DNA from: Roseibacillus sp. | GTDB taxonomy: Bacteria > Verrucomicrobiota > Verrucomicrobiia > Verrucomicrobiales > Akkermansiaceae | NCBI GenBank assembly: GCA_051251855.1 | Contig: JBPOGI010000002.1 | Coordinates: forward strand, 352,001 to 416,000 | DNA: 64,000 bases | Reading direction: 5' to 3' | Part shown: positions 56,745-64,000 of the stretch, in pieces | Numbering within the stretch: the first letter of the stretch is position 1 | Layout: every line of letters starts with the position of its first letter | Translations under genes and position numbers: made by a program | Notes under the pieces: generated by a model | Seen by the model: the letters and a program-made list of their open reading frames with translations, nothing else | What the model was told of the DNA's origin: nothing | Database searches by the model: none

Positions 56745-57830
56745 ATGAGCACGATGATCAATCTTAAGAAAGACGCCAAATACGCCCTTGTGATTCCAAC
56801 TAGCATGGGAACTCGCCTGACGCCGGTGAACGGTCAACCCTTCCACTGCAGTGATACTTTCCAGATGACGGCGACCAGCGCTGAGTCCAATGTGGGGAGT
56901 GTGTCCTCTTATCTGGGCTTGCCGGTGAAAGTGCTCACTGCGTTTGTGCAAGGGAGCCCTGTTTCTCGCTTTATCAAAGATAATTTGGCCAGCCGCCACA
57001 TGACTTACGAGGGGCCCGAGTTCGATGCCGGTGGTCCTTGGGGTCTTCGCCATCAAATCAATTTGGCTGATAGTGGGGCGGGTTCCCGTGGGCCACGGGT
57101 TGCAAACGACCGTGCTGGCGAAGTGGGTCGCAAGCTTGCTGCCGACCAGTTCGACCTAGATCGTATTTTTGGAGAAGAGGGCGCTCAGTTTATTCACCTC
57201 TCTGGTTTGATTGCGGCCTTGTCGCCTGAGACGAGCCAGTTTTGTTTAGAAGTTGCTCGCAAGGCGAAGGCGCATGGCACGTGTATTGGTTTTGATTTGA
57301 ATCATCGCGCGAGTCTTTGGGAAGGCCGCGAGGAGGAGCTTCGCGGAGTGTTCCATGAAATCGCGACTCTCTCCGATGTCTTGGTGGGAAATGAAGAAGA
57401 CTTTCAGCTTTGCCTTGGCATCGAGGGACCACCTCCAGGAGGAGAAGGCATCTCGGGTAAGATTGAGGGCTTTAAGGAAATGATTGGCCGCGTGAAGGCT
57501 GAGTTTCCTCAGACCAGCGTATTCGCAACGACCTTGCGAGAGGTGGAGAGTGTGAATTTGCACCAGTGGGGTGCGATTGTTTCCGCGGGTGATGAGTGGC
57601 ATGTGATGGAGCCTCGCGAAATTGGGGTGGTCGATCGTATTGGTGGGGGAGACGGTTTTGTGGGTGGCTTGCTTTACGGAATTTTGCGCGAGTGGCCGAT
57701 GGAGAAGGCGTCGCAGTTTGGTTGGGCCAGTGGTGCCTTGGCGGCGACACTTCTCACTGACTACGGTCAGCCTGCAGATGAAGACCAAGTCTGGAGTATT
57801 TGGGAAGGCAACGCGCGCGTGAGGCGATAG
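56745..57830 (+). CDS. PfkB family sugar kinase (2-keto-3-deoxygluconate kinase-like)
   Basis: AESNV, DRAGE, HLSG, FDLNHR..LW, GNEEDF, DRIGGGDGF. Confidence 0.85.
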   Translation: MSTMINLKKDAKYALVIPTSMGTRLTPVNGQPFHCSDTFQMTATSAESNVGSVSSYLGLPVKVLTAFVQGSPVSRFIKDNLASRHMTYEGPEFDAGGPWGLRHQINLADSGAGSRGPRVANDRAGEVGRKLAADQFDLDRIFGEEGAQFIHLSGLIAALSPETSQFCLEVARKAKAHGTCIGFDLNHRASLWEGREEELRGVFHEIATLSDVLVGNEEDFQLCLGIEGPPPGGEGISGKIEGFKEMIGRVKAEFPQTSVFATTLREVESVNLHQWGAIVSAGDEWHVMEPREIGVVDRIGGGDGFVGGLLYGILREWPMEKASQFGWASGALAATLLTDYGQPADEDQVWSIWEGNARVRR

Positions 57831-57831
57831 T

Positions 57832-57902
57832 GAGCGCAGGGACCATTTTGTCCCTGGCTTTTTAGAGTGATTGGAGGTCAGGGGCAGGAATGTCCCTGCT
57901 CC
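57832..57902. repeat. REP-like inverted doublet (copy 2 of the 23907-23979 element)
   Basis: 57876-57902 GGTCAGGGGCAGGAATGTCCCTGCTCC is 26/27 identical to 23953-23979; degenerate left arm CAGGGACCATTTTGTCCCTG; lies between convergent genes. Confidence 0.8.
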
Positions 57903-57903
57903 T

Positions 57904-59013
57904 TTAGTTGGTCTCTTTGTTGAAGTAGACTTTGATGTAATTCATCTTCTTCTCTTCGTCGTAGCCCTTTTCCATGACCTTGTCGGGGTTGGCGACGACT
58001 TTGGGTTTGAGACGAATTTCGATGCCCGTGTCGAGTTTCATGATCGATTTCATGAGCTTCTTCGCTTTGGAGACATCCTTTTGCGAGATGTCGAATCCTT
58101 CGGCGATAGCGACGCCGCTTTCTTCTTCGAGCTGTTGCTTCTTTTCGCGGAAGGCAGCTTTGGCTTCAGGGGTGCGGAGGGCCTGTTCCTCGAACTCGGC
58201 CATGCTGAAGTGGTTCTTGTTGTCGAAGTAGGCGAGCGCTTCTTTGGCAGCGGCGTTGACTTCCCACGGGGGAGAGGCGTCGGCTTCATCGCGAGGGTTG
58301 GCGGCCTCGTCGGCTGCGGCTGAGGCGGCGGAGCTTTCGGCCACTGCGGAGACGGCCATTTCGGCTACTTTTTTGGAGAGGAGGGCGTTGTCCGGGATGG
58401 CGATGACGTTGAGGAAATCTTTGACCCAAAAGCGGCTCTCGGAGCTGCCGCGGTCGAAGGTGAGGACGTAGAAGCCTTTGCGAGAAAATTGGTTTACGAT
58501 GAGGCAGCCCTTGTCGATTTTTTCGGGGTTGATCCCGTGTTCGGTGCTGAGTTGGAGGTCGCCATCTTGCGCTGAGATGCTAAGGAAAGGGGTGACGCTT
58601 TCGGACTTGAGGATGCAAATGGCATCGACGGTTTCTTCACCGACTTGCACACCTTCGATACGAGAGATGCAGAGGTCGCCGGACTTGATGTTGGGGTGGG
58701 TGGACTTGGTGTGTAGTCGAGTGGAGATTTCGCAGCCTTTCTCTAACAAGAGCTTGGGGTCTTCGAAAATGGCAGCAACACAGTTGTTGATCTCGTGCTG
58801 ATCGAGGGAGCTGTGATGGTGAAACTTTTGACCAATGAGGCTGAAGCTCTTGAAGGGGCGCAGAAAGATGCTGGAGAGGGTGGGCTGGTCTTCGGCCTCG
58901 ACTTCAAAGACGTGCTTGGAAGTTTGTAGAGGTTCGTCGCGAGAGGGATTGCCCACTTTGGCAAGGACAAGTCCTGCGATGGTGGCGTTGGCGAAGTCGA
59001 GTTTGATGGTCAC
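57904..59013 (-). CDS. Nucleoid-associated protein (37-kDa NdpA/YejK-like)
   Basis: KVGN, HPNIKSGDL, KSE, GINPEKIDKGCLI, FWVKDFL, KLD, GYDEEK; GTG start at 59013. Confidence 0.75.
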   Translation of the reverse strand: MTIKLDFANATIAGLVLAKVGNPSRDEPLQTSKHVFEVEAEDQPTLSSIFLRPFKSFSLIGQKFHHHSSLDQHEINNCVAAIFEDPKLLLEKGCEISTRLHTKSTHPNIKSGDLCISRIEGVQVGEETVDAICILKSESVTPFLSISAQDGDLQLSTEHGINPEKIDKGCLIVNQFSRKGFYVLTFDRGSSESRFWVKDFLNVIAIPDNALLSKKVAEMAVSAVAESSAASAAADEAANPRDEADASPPWEVNAAAKEALAYFDNKNHFSMAEFEEQALRTPEAKAAFREKKQQLEEESGVAIAEGFDISQKDVSKAKKLMKSIMKLDTGIEIRLKPKVVANPDKVMEKGYDEEKKMNYIKVYFNKETN

Positions 59014-59140
59014 TGACCTTGAATAGATGGGGGGATGGGGTGCGGGCAATTCATTTCGTGTTTGTTCCCGCAGCGAGAGCGAAAAAGTCGTAAACTTGTG
59101 AATTGACGAGAGGATCTATTCCACGTGTCGTAGAGGAAGT

Positions 59141-60154
59141 ATGATTCAGAAGACGACGGTTTTGGCAATGTGGGTGGCGGGTGCAGCGATGGCTGGGGCG
59201 CACGAGGATCATGAGCATCGGCCTGCGGGTAAGGTGGTGACTTCGGTTCAAAAGACGGGGAATGGACAGTTTATCTTCGAGACTGTCCCCGGGTTTGCAG
59301 CGATGCCAGAGGGAGTCAATGTGGGCCCGACTCATGGCGGGGTGGCAGTGGATAGTGCGGGGCACGTCTATGTAAGCACGGAGGCCAAGCATGGGGTGGT
59401 GAAGTTTTCGAAGGGAGGCGAATTTGTGAAGAGCTTTGGGCCTGAGACGAAAGCCTTGCATTCGTTGGCCTTGATTCAAGAAGGGGAGACCGAACTGCTG
59501 ATCGGGGCAGCGGTGGGAGCAGAGAAGGTTCTGAAGCTGGACTTGGAAGGACAAGTGTTACTCACCATTCCTCATGAGGGGACAGGTGAGATTCAGGGAG
59601 GATTCAAGGGGGTGACCGGAGTCACGGTTGGTCCGGAGGGGAATATCTATGTCGTCTGTGGTTATGGCTCGAACTTGATTCATAAGTTTGATGCGGAGGG
59701 AGTGCTTCTGAAGACGGCTGGGGGAAGGGGCGCCGCCGAGGGACAGTTCGTGACCTGTCATGGGATCACCCTAGATACTCGCAGTGGCGAGCCGCTGTTG
59801 TTGGTTTGCGACCGTGAGAATCGTCGTTTGGTTCACATGGACCTTGAGCTGAACTTTAAGGGGGTGCATGCGACTCATTTACGGCGCCCTTGCGCGGTAT
59901 CGATTCGGGGAGACTTCGCAGCGGTGGCTGAGTTGGAAGGGCGCGTGACTGTGCTCGGGAAGAGCGGCGAGGTGCTCGCTTTCCTAGGAGATCAGCCGGA
60001 TAAAAAACTTTGGGCCAAAAAGCCGATCCCGGAGGAGCAACTCTATGATGGTCTCTTCACTTCACCTCACGGTCTCAGCTGGGACAACGAGGGGAACCTG
60101 ATCGTGCAGGACTGGAATGTGACGGGACGGGTGACGAAGCTACAGAAGAGATAG
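59141..60154 (+). CDS. Secreted NHL-repeat beta-propeller (peptidylglycine lyase-like)
   Basis: THGGVAVD, GYGSN, F.TCHG, DRENRRL, RRPC, F.SPHG, DW; signal peptide. Confidence 0.8.
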   Translation: MIQKTTVLAMWVAGAAMAGAHEDHEHRPAGKVVTSVQKTGNGQFIFETVPGFAAMPEGVNVGPTHGGVAVDSAGHVYVSTEAKHGVVKFSKGGEFVKSFGPETKALHSLALIQEGETELLIGAAVGAEKVLKLDLEGQVLLTIPHEGTGEIQGGFKGVTGVTVGPEGNIYVVCGYGSNLIHKFDAEGVLLKTAGGRGAAEGQFVTCHGITLDTRSGEPLLLVCDRENRRLVHMDLELNFKGVHATHLRRPCAVSIRGDFAAVAELEGRVTVLGKSGEVLAFLGDQPDKKLWAKKPIPEEQLYDGLFTSPHGLSWDNEGNLIVQDWNVTGRVTKLQKR

Positions 60155-60204
60155 CGGTTCGAAGGATTCGAACGCGATGGTCAGAAGAGGGGCGTGAGAG
60201 AGCT

Positions 60205-60882
60205 TCAGCGGCTACGCCTGCGATGGCAAAGCGAAGAAATGGCGCTGAGAAGAAGAAGCGCCGCAGAGGTGGGCTCGGGAATACTACCGGAGCTGCCAGA
60301 AACGAATTCCGAAAGAGTGAACTGCTGAAACTCGTTGGCGGAACCAAAGCTGGGCTCAAGCGAGGGGGAATTGACTTTGTCTAAGTCAATTCCAAGAAAG
60401 ATCTGAGCGGGGAATGATTCATTGGGTAGAATATTGGGGGGAAGCGTTGCTGTCACTCCAAGGGGTGAGTCCAGAGAAGGTTGCCCACTCAGAGATTGAA
60501 GAAGGATGGTGGAGTTTTGGAGCGCGAGATCGAGCGACAGGCTCTCGGGTGCAAGATAGGCGAGCCACTTACGAGCATTCACTTCTGGACCTGAGGTGAG
60601 GATGAACAAGTCGTTGTCATCTAAAACTTCTTCCACAAAAGTGCGCTCGCTGAGAACGAGGATGGCATCTAAATTGGTGTCGAAGGTGCTGCTTGGAAGA
60701 AAGTTGTCGAGAACGGTGAAAGTGTTTCTCTCCAGCGCGGTGGATTGAAGGGAAGGGGGCGCTGCGTTAGGCAGACCTCCAAGGCTATCGATGGTTGCCG
60801 CGTTGGAACGAGCCGCACAAACGGAAATCACAACGAGAAGAAGGGTGCGGATTGAAAAGAGGTTCAAAGGGGTTGAATGCAT
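60205..60882 (-). CDS. PEP-CTERM sorting domain protein
   Basis: Signal peptide; C-terminal IPEPTSAALLLL...HRRRSR. Confidence 0.8.
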   Translation of the reverse strand: MHSTPLNLFSIRTLLLVVISVCAARSNAATIDSLGGLPNAAPPSLQSTALERNTFTVLDNFLPSSTFDTNLDAILVLSERTFVEEVLDDNDLFILTSGPEVNARKWLAYLAPESLSLDLALQNSTILLQSLSGQPSLDSPLGVTATLPPNILPNESFPAQIFLGIDLDKVNSPSLEPSFGSANEFQQFTLSEFVSGSSGSIPEPTSAALLLLSAISSLCHRRRSR

Positions 60883-61018
60883 GAGATAACGCTGGAGTTA
60901 TAACTTGAGAACCCTCAGCTCTTCTTATGTTCAACTTTTCTAAAGTTTCTGCTCTTTTTGAGTGAGAAAGAGGAGGATGAATCGTCGCCTTTTATTGAGG
61001 GGTTGATAATCTGTCGCT

Positions 61019-62074
61019 ATGTCCCTGAAGCATCAACTGACGCAGTCTACCTTTGAGAATGTTCTCACCGAGAAAGAGGTTGGGGAGTTGAAAGGAGCGG
61101 TTCCGAGTGGAGTGTGGGCGCACTATGGACCAGAAGGGATAGAGCGTTTGGCTGTGGAAGATGCCCGCGAGCTGCCGAAGACGGAGGAAGGGGTGACTTG
61201 GGTTCATTGGACTGGATTGGGGGAGGGGGTGGCTTTGTCGCGTCTTTTCACTTGTTTTGGGATTCATCCCCTGACGGCGGAAGATGTTCTCAATATGGAG
61301 AGCCGCGCTAAATTGGAGGAAACGTCTGAGAGCCTTTTTGTGGTATTAAAAATCCCGGTGGCGATGGACGATGAGGGTGAGATAGAGATGGTGCACTTTT
61401 GTTTGTTTTTTGAGGGAACGACTGTGTTGAGTTTTTCTGAAATTCCGCTCAAATTTCTAGAGGACCTGAACCGGCGGCTGGACGACCCCAAGAGGAGAAT
61501 TCGGAATTTGGGGGCTGATTATCTTATGTGGGCGATTCTCGACTTGGTGACTGACCACAGCTTGCGTTTTGTTGATTACTTGAGTGATCGGGTTGAGGAG
61601 CTGGAGGATCTCTTGATCGATGACGAGGTAGAGGTCTCGCTGGAACAAATTCACGGATTGAAGAATGAGGTTTCGCAAACGTATCGCTTGTTGCGCCCCG
61701 GGCGAGAAATCACCTCGCAGCTCTGTATCTCGGATTCGGCGCTCCTCTCGTCCGACACTTCGCGCTACTTTCGTGATTTGCACGACCATGCGGCTCAGGC
61801 TTCGGAGCAAGTTGACCATCTCCGCGACAAGGCGACAGGCTTGAGGGAGCTCTACTATACCTTGATGAGCCATCGCATGAACGGGGTGATGAAGGTTCTG
61901 ACTTCGTTGTCGGCGATTTTTCTGCCGCTTACCTTTTTAGCGGGACTCTACGGAATGAACTTTGCCCACATGCCGGAGCTTGCCTGGAAGTGGTCCTATC
62001 CCGTTTTTCTTGCGTTTCTCTCGGCGCTAGCGATTGCGTTGGTGTGCTACTTTAAGAAGAAGCGGTGGCTTTAG
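61019..62074 (+). CDS. corA: Magnesium/cobalt transporter CorA
   Basis: IHPL..ED, MN..MK.LT, PLTF.AG.YGMNF..MPEL, KKKRWL. Confidence 0.95.
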   Translation: MSLKHQLTQSTFENVLTEKEVGELKGAVPSGVWAHYGPEGIERLAVEDARELPKTEEGVTWVHWTGLGEGVALSRLFTCFGIHPLTAEDVLNMESRAKLEETSESLFVVLKIPVAMDDEGEIEMVHFCLFFEGTTVLSFSEIPLKFLEDLNRRLDDPKRRIRNLGADYLMWAILDLVTDHSLRFVDYLSDRVEELEDLLIDDEVEVSLEQIHGLKNEVSQTYRLLRPGREITSQLCISDSALLSSDTSRYFRDLHDHAAQASEQVDHLRDKATGLRELYYTLMSHRMNGVMKVLTSLSAIFLPLTFLAGLYGMNFAHMPELAWKWSYPVFLAFLSALAIALVCYFKKKRWL

Positions 62075-62432
62075 AGGCCGTTTTTGGGGGCGTCTTGCTC
62101 ATGTGCCGAACGGTGAGGTGGGGTTGAAGAACGGTGTAGGAGAAGGACTCTCCATTGTTTGCCCGTCCAACGACAAGGTTGCGGAGACGTGAGAGTCGAA
62201 GTGAAGGGTTGCAGCCAGTGGTATCAAAACGAATAGGATTTGCTCCCTAGGCTCAGGGTTTCCTTGTCCTTCTGCCTCAAAAGTTTGATTTTGGGCTGTA
62301 GAAGGGATTCAAATCAAAATTTTCCCTTGTGTGGTGGTTTTCTGCTGTTCACAGTTTTCAAACACTCGGGTCCAATCTAGTTTTCACTGCTCGAAAGGTG
62401 CACCCCATCATCAAAAATCCATAAAAAGACAC

Positions 62433-63131
62433 ATGAAGAATACAATCAAATTACCTTTACTCGTGCTGGCTGGCGCAGCTCTGGCAACCAGCTCAGCTAG
62501 TGCTGTGACACTCCTCGTCAATTTCGGCGGTGGCGGGGATGTTGATGCGGCGGTCGCTGGCGATTACGCAGTTGCCGATCCCGCTGTGGATCTCGCTGCT
62601 CCAGTCGTTTTTCAGGGATCGGGGGGAGGCACTGCTGTGGGACTTGGCATGACTGTCGATATTAGTACCAACACTGGTAACTTCACTCCTGCCGACACCA
62701 GCATCTGGGGAACAACTCCTATTCTCGATAGTTATCTTTCACGACGGGATAATCCTCTCAATGTCACCGTGACCGGAATCGAGGAGTTGGCTCCTGGAAC
62801 GACATTCGACGTAACGGTCTATGGAGTTGGCGACGCGACCGACCAATGGGGGCCTATCAGCGTCACCTATAATGGTGTGACGACAGCAGAATTCACCACG
62901 GTTGCTGATCCTGCTGCTGCCGGAAACTCGAACGGGGAATTGACTCATGAAACCTTCACCTTAACGAAAGTAGCTGGAGTTGATTCAGTCGTCCTGAACA
63001 ATTCGGGTGTAGGCGGGTCACGTTGGCAAGCAATCAATGGCTTCTCGATCACTGGCACACCGATTCCTGAGCCTTCTTCAGCTCTTCTCGTTGGCTTGGC
63101 AGGATTTGCCTTCCTGAGACGTCGCCGATAG
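62433..63131 (+). CDS. PEP-CTERM sorting domain protein
   Basis: ATG 62433 gives a signal peptide; C-terminal IPEPSSALLVGLAGFAFLRRRR. Confidence 0.92.
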   Translation: MKNTIKLPLLVLAGAALATSSASAVTLLVNFGGGGDVDAAVAGDYAVADPAVDLAAPVVFQGSGGGTAVGLGMTVDISTNTGNFTPADTSIWGTTPILDSYLSRRDNPLNVTVTGIEELAPGTTFDVTVYGVGDATDQWGPISVTYNGVTTAEFTTVADPAAAGNSNGELTHETFTLTKVAGVDSVVLNNSGVGGSRWQAINGFSITGTPIPEPSSALLVGLAGFAFLRRRR

Positions 63132-63155
63132 TCCTCTGATAGATTTTATCTTTAG

Positions 63156-63191
63156 AACCCACTTCGGCAGATTTGTCGAAGTGGGTTTTTT
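63156..63191 (+). terminator. Intrinsic terminator
   Basis: AACCCACTTCGGCA-GATT-TGTCGAAGTGGGTT followed by a T-run. Confidence 0.85.
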
Positions 63192-63248
63192 ATTGGTTGT
63201 TTCCCGCAAGGTATCGGGGACAATGAGTTCCTGATTTTCACTTTCTAG

Positions 63249-64000
63249 ATGAACAAAATTTTCCGAACGAGGGGAGCTTTCATCGTGCTGCTATCCTTTG
63301 TAGTCTTGGGTGTTATCTTCGTGGCTGGGAGTAGGTTTCGGTCTCAAAAGCAGACTTTCGCTGCAAAGGCTCAGCAAATCACGAAGTCCGAGGAGCTGAT
63401 TCTCGCCCTGCAGCGGATGCTCAGTGATATTTCTAAGAGTGGGAAGAATCGGCAGCTTCCAGATTTCGACGACAGTCGTTTTTTTGAACCCTCTGTATTG
63501 GTGAGAGACCTCACGCCGAAATACGAGATTGCTTCCACTGACAATCTCGAGGTGGCCCTCAAGAACTGGCAAATTGATTCGGAGAATAGACCCGTTCCCG
63601 CAACGAACCTGAGGCTCTTCAGCGCTCTCTTCGATGGTCTCAGCGCGGTAAGAGGTTTCAAAATGAAGATTGTCTCCGGCGAATTCTCCGACACCGAGGA
63701 CTCCTTTACCACCTCTCTTGCCGTTTCAGGATCCGGAAAGCTCACCTCTGAGAACGAGCTCTCTTTCGAAGGGCATTTGGATGTTGAGTGGAGGAATAGC
63801 GGCTCCGATGGCTGGAGAATCAGTCGCTGGGAATTGTTGGATTTCGAGAGTCATGAGAACCTTACGAAGACACCCTTCTTCACCCGTGCCAATGAGGCCT
63901 GTCTGCCGAATGCGGCGGAGCGGAGTAACGCGGAACTTTCCATTCACGACGAACTCATTAAGTCGCTCTTGCTGAACGGAGGTTGCACTCCACCAGGGCC
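63249..64000 (+). CDS. 5' part of a membrane-anchored/secreted protein (possibly FG-GAP/CRTAC1-type), truncated by the window edge
   Basis: Open frame from ATG 63249 (MNKIFRTRGAFIVLLSFVVLGVIFVAG...) to the window end; absent from the ORF track; family guess is weak. Confidence 0.65.
   Translation, partial: MNKIFRTRGAFIVLLSFVVLGVIFVAGSRFRSQKQTFAAKAQQITKSEELILALQRMLSDISKSGKNRQLPDFDDSRFFEPSVLVRDLTPKYEIASTDNLEVALKNWQIDSENRPVPATNLRLFSALFDGLSAVRGFKMKIVSGEFSDTEDSFTTSLAVSGSGKLTSENELSFEGHLDVEWRNSGSDGWRISRWELLDFESHENLTKTPFFTRANEACLPNAAERSNAELSIHDELIKSLLLNGGCTPPG

Noticed and set aside
60157..60173. GTTCGAA-GGA-TTCGAAC resembling a tRNA T-arm or att remnant
   Set aside because: No other tRNA elements or match to the local tRNA 3' ends; more likely a small hairpin between convergent genes.
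1..64000. CRISPR arrays, prophage, IS/integrase, rRNA, defence systems, riboswitches, programmed frameshifts
   Set aside because: No regularly spaced repeats, hallmark motifs or broken reading frames were seen by eye; subtle RNAs cannot be excluded without a covariance search.

Overview
Ordinary chromosomal segment of a probable aquatic or marine Verrucomicrobiales bacterium. This is inferred from three PEP-CTERM genes, a PVC-type CxxCH heme protein, three sulfatase domains and verrucomicrobial-style secreted proteins. Housekeeping content: the 3' end of a 2-oxoacid dehydrogenase E2, an isolated nuoD-E-F block, typA, gatB, corA, tRNA-Ser(GGA) and tRNA-Asn(GTT). Accessory content: (i) a co-oriented block of secreted proteins at 2.9-11.2 kb, comprising a YHYH-sulfatase fusion, a large acidic modular surface protein and an MbnP-MbnH fusion with an altered WxW/copper site; (ii) a DUF2891-sulfatase-DUF5060 unit; (iii) a translationally coupled MFS-ROK-GH92 mannoside operon; (iv) a ~19 kb surface-glycan locus with an MsbA-like ABC transporter, wbpE/D/A/B-like genes, a CMP-nonulosonate synthetase-HAD fusion plus short NeuB without NeuC (possible KDN route), many glycosyltransferases, ELM1/GtrOC1 and LpxL. 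GGAG-tagged REP-like doublets sit between three convergent gene pairs. No CRISPR array, rRNA, integrase or transposase was seen. All calls come from motif recognition by eye; no database searches were run.
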